From Mobula birostris (lineage: Eukaryota), in the NCBI RefSeq assembly GCF_030028105.1, contig NC_092377.1, positions 128,807,356 through 128,871,355 on the forward strand: a stretch of 64,000 nt of DNA, written 5' to 3'. The first letter of the stretch is position 1. Each line of letters starts with the position of its first letter. Positions 11,900 through 23,342 of the stretch are shown in pieces. The position numbers were made by a program, and so were the translations under genes. A model generated the notes under the pieces. The model saw only the letters and a program-made list of their open reading frames with translations, did not search any database and had not been told where the DNA came from.

Positions 11900-12420
11900 A
11901 GACCTCACCTCTTCCCACTCACCCTCACCATCCACACTCCCAATGGGAGTCTGCACCTTCCCAATCACTCCCACCATCCGCAGTGCCAATGGGATCCCAC
12001 ACCTTCCCATTCACTCCCAACATTCACACTCCTAATGAGACCCCATGCCTTCCCAATCACTCTCACCATGGGACCTCACCCCTTCCCATCACTCCAATCA
12101 TCCACACTCCCAATGGAACCCCACATCTTCCCATTCACTCCCATCGTCCACACTTCCAATGGGAAGGGGTGAGGTCCCGTGGTGGGAGTGATTGGGAAGG
12201 TGTGGGGTCTTATTTGAAGCGCAGAGGGTGGGAGTGATTGGGAGAAGTTGGGGTCCCATTGAAATGCAGACTGTGAGAGTGATTGGGAAGTGGGTGGGGT
12301 CACACCCAATGGGACCCCATACCTTTCCAATCAATCCCTCTATGGAACCTCACCCTTTCTCATTCAATCCCACCATCAACACTCCAAATTGGACCCCACC
12401 CCTTCCCATTCGCTCCCAAA
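11900..12420. repeat. Degenerate C-rich tandem repeat with an internal inverted block (about 12156-12300)
   Basis: ttcccaatcactcccacc units switch to ggtgggagtgattgggaa and then back. Confidence 0.75.
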
Positions 12421-12469
12421 AAATAGCTTGCTATAAGGGAGTATATCTGTGCATTCTGGGAGAATTTCA

Positions 12470-14520
12470 ATGAGTGGGAAGAGCTGGTAGTGGGAAAGAG
12501 TAACGAAGGGCTGTGTGTGGGGAAAGAGTAGGTGATGGTGGAGAGAGTTCAATACGCTGTGGGAAGGGAAACAGAGGTGGCGGTAGAGTGGTGATGGGAG
12601 ACGGTGTCTGCGGGCTGTTGGGATGAGTTAGTGATGGGGTGTCTATGGGCTGCGGAAGGGGACTCAGTAGGTGTGGGAGAGTGTCTGTGGGCTGTGAGAG
12701 GGAATTTGGTGGGTAGGTGGGGAGTGGGGGGTAAGTCAGTGATGGGAAATATTGTCTGTAGGCTGTTGGAGCAGATTCAGTGAGTAGAGAGACTGTGGGT
12801 TGTGGGAGAGGATTGTGTGTGTGAGAGGGAGATGGTGATGAGGGAAATTGTCCATAGCTGTGTGTGGCAGGAAATTCATTGGGTTGTGGAAGGGGATTCA
12901 GTGGGTGGGGAGAGTGTATGTGGCCGTGGGAGGGTATTCAGTGGGCGGGGAAAGTCAGTGATGGGGAGAGTGTCTGTGGGCTGTGGGAGGGGATTCAGTG
13001 AAAGAGAGGAGAGACAGTGATGGGGGAGACATGAGTATTGGAAGGAGATTCAGCCAAAGGGGGAGAGGTGGTGATGGGGGAGTGTGTCTGTGGGCTGTGA
13101 AAGGAGATTCAGAGGGTGGGAGAGAGCGTCTGTGGGTTATGGAGGTGCTTCAGTGGTTGGGAGAGTTGGTAATGGGGCAAGAGTCAGTGATGGGGAGAGT
13201 GTGGGTCATGGGAGGGGATTCAGTTGGTGGGGCGGGGGAATTGGTGATGGGGAGACTCTGAGTTATGGAAGGGGATTCAGAGAATGGGGAGAGAAGGTGA
13301 TGGGGGAGTGTGTCTGTGGGTTGTGGGAGGGTATTCAGTGGGTGGGGGGAGTCAGTGATGGGGGAAGTGTCTGTGGGTTATGGAAGGGATTCAGTGGTTG
13401 GGAGAGTCAGTGATGGGTAGAGATTCTGTGGGTTGTGGGAGGGGATTCAGTGCGTGGAAGGGATAATCGGTGATGGAGGGTACCGTCTGTGGATTGAGAG
13501 AGGGGATTTTGTGGGTGGAGTAATAGACAATGACAGGGGAGACTGTGGGTTATAGGAGGGGATTTAGTGGTTTGGGAGAGCAGTGCTTGAGGATAGTATC
13601 TGTATGCTATGGGAGGGATTCAGGGGATGGGGAAGAGTAGGTGAAGTGGGAGAGTGTGGGTTATGGGAGGGGATTCAATGGGTGGGGAGAGACTGTCTGT
13701 GGGTTGTTGGGGGGTCAGTGGGTGGGGGGAGAGTCAGTGATGGGGAGAGTGTCTGAGGACTGTGGGTGGGGGGGGGGGGGTAGAGATGGTGATGGGGAGA
13801 GTGCCTGAGGGTTATGGGAGGGGATTCAATGGGTGGGGGAAGAGACGGTGATGGGGAGACTGAGGGTTGTGGGAGGGAATTCAGTGGTTGGGGAGAGTCA
13901 GTGATGGGGGAGTGTATCTGTGGGTTATGGCAGGGGATTCAGTGGTTTGGGGGAGGGAGTGATGGGGAATGTATCTGTGGGTTGTGGGAAGGGATTCAGT
14001 GGTTGGGGAGGGTTGGTGATGGGGGAGTGTATCTGTGGGTTATGGGAGGGGATTCAGTGGTGGGGGAGGAGGGATAGTGATGGGGAGACTGTGGGTTATG
14101 AGGGGAGATTCATTGGTCGGAGAGAGTATTGAATTGAAGTGACTTTATTTCTTACATCCTTATATACATGAGTAAAAATCTTTATGTTATGTCTATCTAA
14201 ATGGGCAATGTGCAATTTATAGTAATTTATAATAGCATGTACAACAGGACAGTCAATATATCATAGAAATACAATTGTATCAGCATGAATTAATCAGTCC
14301 GATGGCCTGGTGGAAGAAGCTGTCCTGGAGCCTGTTGGTCCTGGCTTTTATGCCACAGTACCGTTTCTCAGATGGTAGCAGCTGGAACAGTTTGTGGTGG
14401 GTAGAGTGTCTGTGGACTGTGGGAGTGGATTCAGTGGTTGGTGGGTGGGGGGGGATGTTGATAGGGAGACTCTCTGTAGGTTACGGGAGGGAATTCAGTG
14501 GTTGGAGAGAGTCGGTGATG
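12470..14520 (+). repeat. Degenerate G-rich minisatellite, unit about 55 bp, interrupted by a Rex1-like 3' fragment (about 14130-14395)
   Basis: Recurrent gtgatgggg..agtgtctgtgggtt.tgggaggggattcagtgg motif. Confidence 0.85.
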
Positions 14521-15039
14521 GGATGAGTGTCTGTGAGTCATTCAGTGTGTGGCTGCGGGGGGGGGGGGTAGGGGGGAGTCCATGAGATGCACATCCAGTA
14601 ACTCCCCTTGTCTTGCTTTCCCTCAGTGAGTTAACATCCTCTCCACATCCACCCGGTCCAGATTCCTGAGGCCGTTGTGCTTCAGTCAAGCTTCCTCTCC
14701 CTCTCATAAGCTCCAACAAGCTCAGCCTGTCCGACCTTTCCTCCCAGTGCAAGTCCAGTCTGGCAAACATTTTCTGAACTTTTTCAACACACTATCATCT
14801 ATCCAAAGATAAGGACATCGCTGCTGTACACAGAGTCCCAGATGCAGTCTTACCTCCACCTGACAGAACCGATGTCTTCAGTTGTCAGGTCACAGGACAG
14901 AAGAGATCAGGGCTGGAGTCCCACTGTGGGGTCAGGACAGGGGGAGCTAGTCAAGGTAGCTCAGACCAGTCCAATACTTCTCTGTGTTCCCAAGTTTTGA
15001 GGGTGAGTTGGTAAGAGGTGGCCACACTAAGGGACAGTG

Positions 15040-17520
15040 AGGAGGGAGCACTGTGGGGGAGACGATGAGGTGGGGGGAACACTGTGGGATGGGTGATGAG
15101 GATGGAATGTTGTGGGATGGGTGGTGAGGAGGGTAAAGCTATGGGAGGGGTGGTGAAGAGGGAGCATTGTGGGACAGGTGGTGAGGAGGGAGTGTTATGG
15201 GACGGGCGGCGAGGAGGGAGTGCTGTGGGAGGAGAGGTAAGGAGGGAGTGTTGTGGGAGGGACGGCGAGGAGGGAACGCTGCAGAACGGGTGGTGAGGAG
15301 TGAGTGTTATCGGAGGGGCAGCGAGGAGGGAGTGTTGTGGGAGGAAACATGAGGAGGGAGTGTTGTGGGAGGAGACATGAGCAGGGAGTGTTGTGGGAGG
15401 AGACATGAGCAGGGAGTGTTGTGGGAGGGACAGCGAAGAGGGAATGCTGCAGGACGGGTGGTGAGGAGTGAGCGTTATGGGAGGGGCGGCGAGGAGGGAG
15501 TGCTGTGGGAGGAGACATGAAGCGGGAGTGCTCTGGGAGGAGACGTGAGGAGGGAGTGTTGTGGGAGGAGATGTGAGGAGGGAGTGTTGTGGGAGGAGAC
15601 ATCAGGAGGGTGTGCTGCGGGATGGGTGGTGAGAAGTGAGTGTTATGGGAAGGGCGGAGAGGAGGGAGTGCTGTGGGAGGAGACGTGAGGAGGGAGTGCT
15701 GTGGGAGGAGAGGTAAGTAAGGGGTGTTGTGGGAGGGACGGCGAGGAGGGAACGCTGCAGGACGGGTGGTGAGGAGTGAGTGTTATGGGAGGGGCGGCAA
15801 GGAAGGAGTGCTGTGGGAGGAGACATGAGGAGGGAGTGTTGTGGGAGGGACAGCGAAGAGGGAATGCTGCGGGACGGGTGGTGAGGAGTGAGCGTTATGG
15901 GAGGGGCGGCAAGGAGGGAGTGCTGTGGGAGATGTGAAGAGGGAGTGCTCTGGGAGGAGACGTGAGGAGGGAGTGTTGTGGGAGGAGACGTGAGGAGGGA
16001 GTGCTGCGGGATGGGTGGTGAGGAATGAGTGTTATGGGAGGGGCGGCGAGGAGGGAGTGCTGTGGGAGGAGACGTGAGGAGGGAGTGCTGCGGGATGGGT
16101 GGTGAGGAATGAGTGTTATGGGAGGGGCGGCGAGGAGGGAGTGCTGTGGGAGGAGACGTGAAGAGGGAGTGCTGTGGGAGGAGACGTGAGGAGGGAGTGC
16201 TGTGGGAGGAGACGTGAGGAGGGAGTGCTGTGGGAGGAGAGGTAAGTAGGGGGTGTTGTGGGAGGGACGGCGAGGAGGGAACGCTGCAGGACGGGTGGTG
16301 AGGAGTGAGTGTTATGGGAGGGGCGGCGAGGAGGGAGTGCTGTGGGAGGAGACATGAGGGAGTGTTGTGGGAGGAGACATGAGGAGGGTGTGCTGCGGGA
16401 TGGGTGGTGAGAAGTGAGCATTGTGGGAGGGGCAGCGAGGAGGGAGTGCTGTGGGAGGAGACGTGAGGAGGGAGTGCTCTGGGAGGAGACGTGAGGAGGG
16501 AGTGCTCTGGGAGGAGACGTGAGGAGGGAGTGTTGTGGGAGGAGACGTGAGGAGGGAGTGCTGCGGGATGGGTGGTGAGGAATGAGTGTTATGGGAGGGG
16601 CGGCGAGGAGGGAGTGCTGTGGGAGGAGACGTGAGGAGGGAGTGTTGTGGGAGGAGACATGAGGAGGGAGTGCTGCGGGATGGGTGGTGAGGAATGAGTG
16701 TTATGGGAAGGGCGGAGAGGAGGGAGTGCTGTGGGAGGAGACGTGAGGAGGAAGTGTTGTGGGAGGGACGGCGAAGAGGGAACACTGCGGGATGGGTGGT
16801 GAGGAGTGAGCATTGTGGGAGGGGCAGCGAGGAGGGAGTGCTGTGGGAGGAGACGTGAGGAGGGAGTGCTCTGGGAGGAGACGTGAGGAGGGAGTGCTCT
16901 GGGAGGAGACGTGAGGAGGGAGTGTTGTGGGAGGAGACGTGAGGAGGGAGTGCTGCGGGATGGGTGGTGAGGAATGAGTGTTATGGGAGGGGCGGCGAGG
17001 AGGGAGTGCTGTGGGAGGAGACGTGAGGAGGGAGTGTTGTGGGAGGAGACATGAGGAGGGAGTGCTGCGGGATGGGTGGTGAGGAATGAGTGTTATGGGA
17101 AGGGCGGAGAGGAGGGAGTGCTGTGGGAGGAGACGTGAGGAGGAAGTGTTGTGGGAGGGACGGCGAAGACGGAACGCTGCAGGAGGGGTGGTGAGGAGTG
17201 AGCGTTGTGGGAGGGGCAGTGAGGAGGGAGTGCTGTGGGAGGAGACGTGAGGAGGGAGTGTTGTGGGAGGGACGGCGAAGAGGGAACACTGCGGGACGGG
17301 TGGTGAGGAGTGAGCATTGTGGGAGGGGCAGCGAGGAGGGAGTGCTGTGGGAGGAGACGTGAGGAGGGAGTGTTGTGGGAGGGACGGCGAAGAGGGAACA
17401 CTGCGGGATGGGTGGTGAGGAGTGAGCTCTGCGGGAGATGATGGTGAGGAGAGAGCATTGTGGTAGGGACGGTGAGGAGGGAGTGCAGTGGGAGGAGGGT
17501 GTGCAGTGGGAGGAGGGTGA
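15040..17520 (+). repeat. 28-bp G-rich minisatellite (GTGAGGAGGGAGTGCTGTGGGAGGAGAC) with a 392-bp higher-order duplication
   Basis: Units are directly visible; the block starting at 16421 recurs at 16813. Confidence 0.93.
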
Positions 17521-17554
17521 GGAAACTGCCACAGCCAATGATCCTTCCTACATC

Positions 17555-17990
17555 TAGAACATGGAACAGTGCTACACAGGAGTAGGCTCTTCAGCCCATG
17601 GTATTTTACCAAACTAATTCAACAATTGATTAAACACCTAACTGAACTGAACCCTCCACCTACACAACCCCCCTGCACATCCATGTACCTATCTAAGAGC
17701 ATTTTTAACACCTGTACTGTGTACACCTCCAACACAACCCCGGGAAGCACATTCCAGGCACCCACCACTCTCTGTGTAAATAAAAAACTCAATCCATACA
17801 TCTGTTTTGAAAATTTCTTGTCATCTTAAATTTTATATTCAGTATTCCGATATCAAGAGAGAAAGATACCAGCTGTCTACTCAATTTCTATCTCTCATAT
17901 TCTTATAAAGCCCCTCTGCCTCCACCATTCCAGACAAAACAACCCAAGTTTGTCCGAACTCCAACTACTCTGCAGAATCCCATCAAACCA
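17555..17990 (-). mobile_element. CR1 LINE 3' end fragment
   Basis: FLFTQRVVGAWNVLPGVV...LDRYM is the CR1 ORF2 C-terminus. Confidence 0.78.
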
Positions 17991-20289
17991 ACCGACTCTT
18001 CCACCTCACACCTAGTCAGTTCACCTGCAACCCACCATCCTGGCACACATTCTGCACTGCCTTCTCCACTCTGCCTTCTGTGGGAAAGAGTCACTCCCCA
18101 GTTCCCCACTGGTCACCTACCCCAACCCACTGCTTCAGACCCCAGTCCCCATTCGAATTTGGGGAAGATGTTTGTGGGTGGTGGGGGGAGGGGAAGTGTT
18201 CATCCAGCTACCCACAGGGGGACTATGCTCTGTCCCTCTCTGCATTTCTCTCTCCCTCCCTTTTATCTTTCTCCCTTTCCCTCTCTCTGCCTCTTCATGT
18301 CTCGCCCTCCCTCCCCACTTCTCTCTATCAGTAACGCCAGTCATATGCAGTATGTCACATCATTTCCTGCGGTGTCTTGCATTTGTTTCCTTCTGCAACA
18401 AGACTCAAACTGCACTTATAAAAAGCACCACCTCCTCCTCCACGACTTCACAAACTTTAGCTTCAGAGGGAGGGAGGAAGGGAGCAGGGAAGTCCTACCT
18501 TGGATAACAATCCTTGCCTCTGGTGCAGAAACAGCACACTCCCCTCTGACAGGTCCTCGAGGCGTCATCCGGCCAAGGACATGCCTGGCAACAGGACGCG
18601 GGTGAGTTGGTGGCCAAACTGCACACAGCAAGATCCCACCAGCACCGGGTTGACGTGGCAAAACGTCAGAACGCTCAGCTCCCTTGCTGAGTGGCTGGGG
18701 GAGGGGAATCTTTCACTGCCATTGCATCTGCAGAGAAGGGTCAGGGAGCTGCAGCACAACACACCCTCCCCACATCCCTCCCCAATAGAGCTATCTCCTC
18801 ACCAGCCGACAGACAATCCCCAGCATCACTGACTCTCACCCCACCCACTGAAACCCCTCCCACAGCGCCATGTATTCTCAAGGCCAGTCAACGTAGAGGG
18901 AGCACTGAGCTGAGGAAGGAGCAGTGAGGAGGGAACTCTGTGGGATAGAGGCGGTGATGAAGAAGTACCACGTTGCAGTGAGGGAACATCACCCAGTACA
19001 TAACCAGTGCTAATTTCAGTCAGTAGAAATACAGATGTGCCTGTGAACTGTCTATTACCATCACTGCACCACCCTTCCCCACGTCTTCGCCCTTTCCATT
19101 TCCCTCCATCCACTCCCTTTTTCTTCGCCCATCAGCCCATGACTCCTTCACCTCAAGTTTCCATGCTGGGAAGCCGCAAGGGGCCGTGTGCGAATTCCTC
19201 CTACTCTTCCTCACTCACTCTCCTTTTTGCCGATCCTGAGCTGGGGGGGAAGGGAGAAGGGGGCGATCCAAGCCCTCACAGTGAGGCACAGCCTTCCTCT
19301 CCCTCTCGTCCTCACAGGTCCGATTTTGGTGTCTGCTGCTGCCCTGCCTGTATGTCATTAGGAAATGTGGTACGAGGACTCACACTCTAACGCAGTTTGC
19401 AAACAGAAACACAAAAGAGGAACTATTGATACATTAACCCTGCACTTTCCTGTCTGCACTCTTCTTGTGCCCACCGGGGTCTGGCCTCATGTCCTGCACT
19501 CCTCGGTGGTCAGACACCACAGAGAATTCCTGGTATCGTTTCAGGCCAAACCACAGTGCAGCGTCTGGGTGCAGGGTGAGGGGGAAAGGGGGTGAAAAGC
19601 TGAAGGTCTGAGAGATGGTATTTGCAGGCAGCTAGTTTCAGTACAAGCACCACAGCAGCAGCATTGAGGTCACCTGCAGATATCCGCAGATCTAGATGAG
19701 GAAGATGAACTCTCTCTGCAAATATAGGCTCATTTGCTCACCGGAAGTCAGACTTCAGCCTGCTCAGCAGTTATTTTACCTTTAATGGGAAGGTGTGGAG
19801 AGAGCTTCACTCTATGTCTGACCCCAGGAGTGTGTGATGGTACAGTGTAGAGGAGGCTTCACTGTGTCTGACACTGGGAGTGTGTGATGGGATGGTGTGG
19901 AGGGAGCTTCACTGTCTCTAAACTTATTTATGTCTTTTATCCCCAAACACCCATTTTGTGTTGTGTGGCTTCTTTATTTTTAGAGCAATTTCATGAATAT
20001 ATTTGCAGTATTTCTAAAATAAAACAATGCATCTCTCATCCAGGGTCCATTCAAGCCCCTGTGTCACTCACCGGTGACAGAAGTTCTCCATTGTAATCAA
20101 TGAAGAGTGTCTGCTCCCTCTCTGGGGACACACAGAAATAACCCTAGAAGGGGAGCAGGCTGTCTACTTGGGCAGAACTCTTAAATGCCCGAAACTCCGA
20201 AATAGTGAATGTCAACCTTGGCCAGGCCCAAGAGCAAATTGACCAGGAGATACCCTGAGTGACCCTCCCCCAGGGCCGCGAAGAAAACC

Positions 20290-20780
20290 CTCCACCGCAG
20301 CAGACAGGAAGGCTCTACAAACAGGTAATCAAAACCGCCCACCATATTAGTGGCTCCAGCTTACCTGCTATCAAGGACATACACACAGAAAGGCAATCAG
20401 ACAAGGTTCAGTAACATCATGAAGGAGCCCACCTACCCCACTCATGGACTGTTTGTCCTACTCCCATCAGGAGGAGGCTGCTTAGCATCCATGCCAGGAC
20501 CACCAGACTCAAAAGGAGCTACTTTCCCCAAGCAGGAAGGCTGATCAACACCTCCACTCACTAACTCCACCACTACTTTATTAATTCCCATCAATCATTT
20601 TATGTACAGTCTTGCGTCACTTTATGGACATAAATCAATCTATGTATATAAGCTATTTCATGTATATTTATTGTGGTTTATTATTCTTTACCTTTCATGT
20701 TTTTTTTATGTTGCATCAGATCCAGAAAAACAAATATTTTGTTCTCCTCACACTTGTGCACAGAAAATGACATTAAACAA
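20290..20780 (+). mobile_element. Rex1/Babar-type LINE 3' fragment
   Basis: NIMKEPTYPTHGLFVLLPSG motif followed by an AT-rich 3' UTR. Confidence 0.7.
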
Positions 20781-20784
20781 TCTC

Positions 20785-21300
20785 CCCACTGACCAAAGAT
20801 CAGGAGCGTGGGGTTGAAGTGCAGCCAGAACTTGAAGAGAGCCCTGCCAGATGCTCAAGACAGGGTATCTGTGACCTCTCACTCTCCATCGCTTCAAAGG
20901 ACATGGACTCTTCCTGGCCACTATAGTGACCCAGCACCTGGGAGTCCTTAAATCAGCTGGGAACCCCATTATATGGTACCACTCCGTTCAACACTCTCCA
21001 CCCCAGGTCACCAATGTGGAGGGGATGGATTCCCAGTAGGAACCCTTCTCCTGCTGGACAGTGGAATACAGTATGGTGGTATACCCAGACAGCAGGCAAA
21101 GTTAAATGCAGTGTATGGGAATCATTGATCTCCACTGTCAGCAGCACACCAGGGAAATGGCTGCAACTGCTGCTCACGATCGCACCAACACACATTCCCT
21201 GGTCTTTTTGAGGAGGGGCACAGGGTGACCCCACAAACAGGCCAAGATCCAACCTGCAACATTTGAATGCAGCCAGGTGGAACTGAGTGACCTCAGAATA
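20785..21300 (-). mobile_element. Old Tx1-like LINE ORF2 C-terminal fragment
   Basis: PLHIGDLGWRVLNGVVPYN followed after a stop by DSQ...GQEES and KFWLHFNPTLLIFG, resembling the Tx1 zinc-binding tail. Confidence 0.6.
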
Positions 21301-21575
21301 ATGAGCACTTAGTTCCAGGAAGTGAACTATCCCCACTGTTAACAGACTATTGAACAGACTTCTCATAAGCTAAAAGATGAACTCTTGATTTCCATCTCTA
21401 CTTCACCAGGGCCCTTGCACCTTATTGTCTACCTGCACTGCATTTTCCATATTCTGCATTGTTTTAACTTTTGTACTAACCTGATGTACTGATGTGATGA
21501 AATTTGTTTAGATCCTGGATCATATATAAAACAGTATTTCACTGTATCTTAATACAATAGACCATAATAAACCAA

Positions 21576-22430
21576 TCTGAAGTTCGATGTAAATTTATTA
21601 TCAAAGTACAAACATGTCACCATTTACTACCCTGATATTCAGTTTCTTGCAGGCATTCACAGAAGATACAAACAGAACACAATAGAGTCAATGAAAAACT
21701 ACACACGAGCAAAGACTGACAAACAATCCATACAACTACAAAAAAAACTAAGAATAACAATAATAAATAAATAACACCGACAGTACAAGTTGCCAAGTCC
21801 TTAGGTGTGGTATCAGTTCATTGCTCAGATGAGTGAAGATATCCACAATGGTTTAGATGCCAAATGGTTGAAGGATAGTAACTTCTTTTGAACCCAGTGG
21901 TGTGCGACTCTAGACTCCTGTACCTCACCTCCGATGGCAACAGTGAGAAGAGAACAAGGTATGGATGGAAACAACAGGAATTCTGCAGGTGCTGGAAATT
22001 CAAGCAACACACATCAAAGTTGCTGGTGAACGCAGCAGGCCAGGCAGCATCTCTAGGAAGAGGTATGGATGGTCCTTGATGATGGTGCTGCTTTCTTGTG
22101 GCAGCACTCTCTGTAGACATGCTCAATGGTGGGGAGGGCTTTTCCTGTGAACTGGGCTGTATCCACCACCTCACAGAGACTTTTATATTCTTGGGCACTG
22201 GTGTTTCCATACCAGGCCATAATGCAACCAGTCACAACTATCAATAGAAGTTTTAGACATGCCAAATCTGCGCAAACTTCTAAGAAAGTAGAGGCACTGC
22301 TGTGCCTTCTTTGTAATGACACATGCTGGTCTCAGGAGAGATCCTCTGAAATGATAATGCCAAGGAACTTAACGTTACTGAACTTCTCTCTCCACCTCCG
22401 ATCCTCCAACGAGGACTGGGTCGTGGACCT
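21576..22430 (-). mobile_element. Rex1/Babar-type LINE 3' fragment containing a Penelope micro-insertion (21969-22060)
   Basis: NVKFLGIIISEDLS, TGCIMAWYGN and LFSLLPSEVRYRSLESHTTGFKRSYYP motifs. Confidence 0.8.
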
Positions 22431-22798
22431 CCAGTTAGCCACAGATTGTATGATGGGATGGTCTGGAGGGAGATTCACTGTGTCTGACCCTGTAAATGAG
22501 TGATAGGATGATGTAGAGGGAGCTTCTCTCTCTGTCTGACTTTGTGAGTGTGTGATAGTATGGTGACTGACCCTGGGTATGATGGGACAATGTGGGGAAA
22601 GCTTCACTATCTGAACGCTGTTGCTGAAATGTTGAGGTAACTGTGAAATGCAGCCTCAGACATCCTGTTGATAATCAGATAAGTGGTATACAGAACTGAG
22701 ACAGAGCCTGCATCCTCTTTGCGGAGCACAGCTAAACACAGTTTTTATGCTGAGCTGGATTAGGTTCAGAAAGGCACAGTAAGAAACACATAAAAAAC

Positions 22799-22804
22799 TT
22801 TATT
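22799..22804 (-). terminator. Polyadenylation signal (AATAAA) of PROSER3
   Basis: tttatt on the + strand about 490 nt past the stop, followed on the minus strand by T/GT-rich sequence. Confidence 0.6.
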
Positions 22805-23296
22805 GCATCAAAATAATCTAATTAATCCAAGTTTAGTGAAGACAATAGTCCTTTTCCTAAAATGCAACCATGAACACATGGGAAAACTCAATGAGCTCGG
22901 TGAGAGGAGAAGGGGGTCTCACAGAGGTGGGGAACATACATCATGATTACCTGTGGGAGTTCCAGCCACTCTCCCACAGACACAGACCCCAATGTGTCCC
23001 CGTGTGGGAGAATCAGACACAGACCCCATCTCCGTGTGGGAGAGTCACAGACACAGACCCCCTCCTGACATCGTATGGGCGGGGGGGGGGGGGGGGAGGG
23101 AGGTGGTGTTGCAGACACAGGCCCGTCCTGTGTGTGGTGAGAAATTACAGGAGCAATATGAACATTCAGGAACTCTCACTCCTTGCCCCCTTTTGTTCTG
23201 GACCAGTTGTGTCCCGTTCTCTGCCCACATCGATATCCGTTACTCACACAGCTCTGCAGAGGCCACGCCAGATGTTGGCTCTTTCCGCTGCTCTCC

Positions 23297-23342
23297 TTAT
23301 GGTGCTTGACAGCTAACAGACTCCAGCCTCAAGTTGGCTTCC
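23297..23342 (-). CDS. PROSER3: PROSER3 last coding exon ([15 protein letters not shown])
   Basis: gtttctctgtaccacag acceptor, phase 2 fits exon 11, TAA at 23299-23297; AATAAA about 500 nt downstream. Confidence 0.82.

Noticed and set aside
14951-17612. Multiple Pro/Ser/His-rich minus ORFs
   Set aside because: Translations of the 28-bp minisatellite.
18499-18570. EARIVIQ resembling the ARHGAP32 N-terminal ESEVIIQ
   Set aside because: Too short; the phase-1 end does not fit, and no following HPRERPDWEET-like exon was found.
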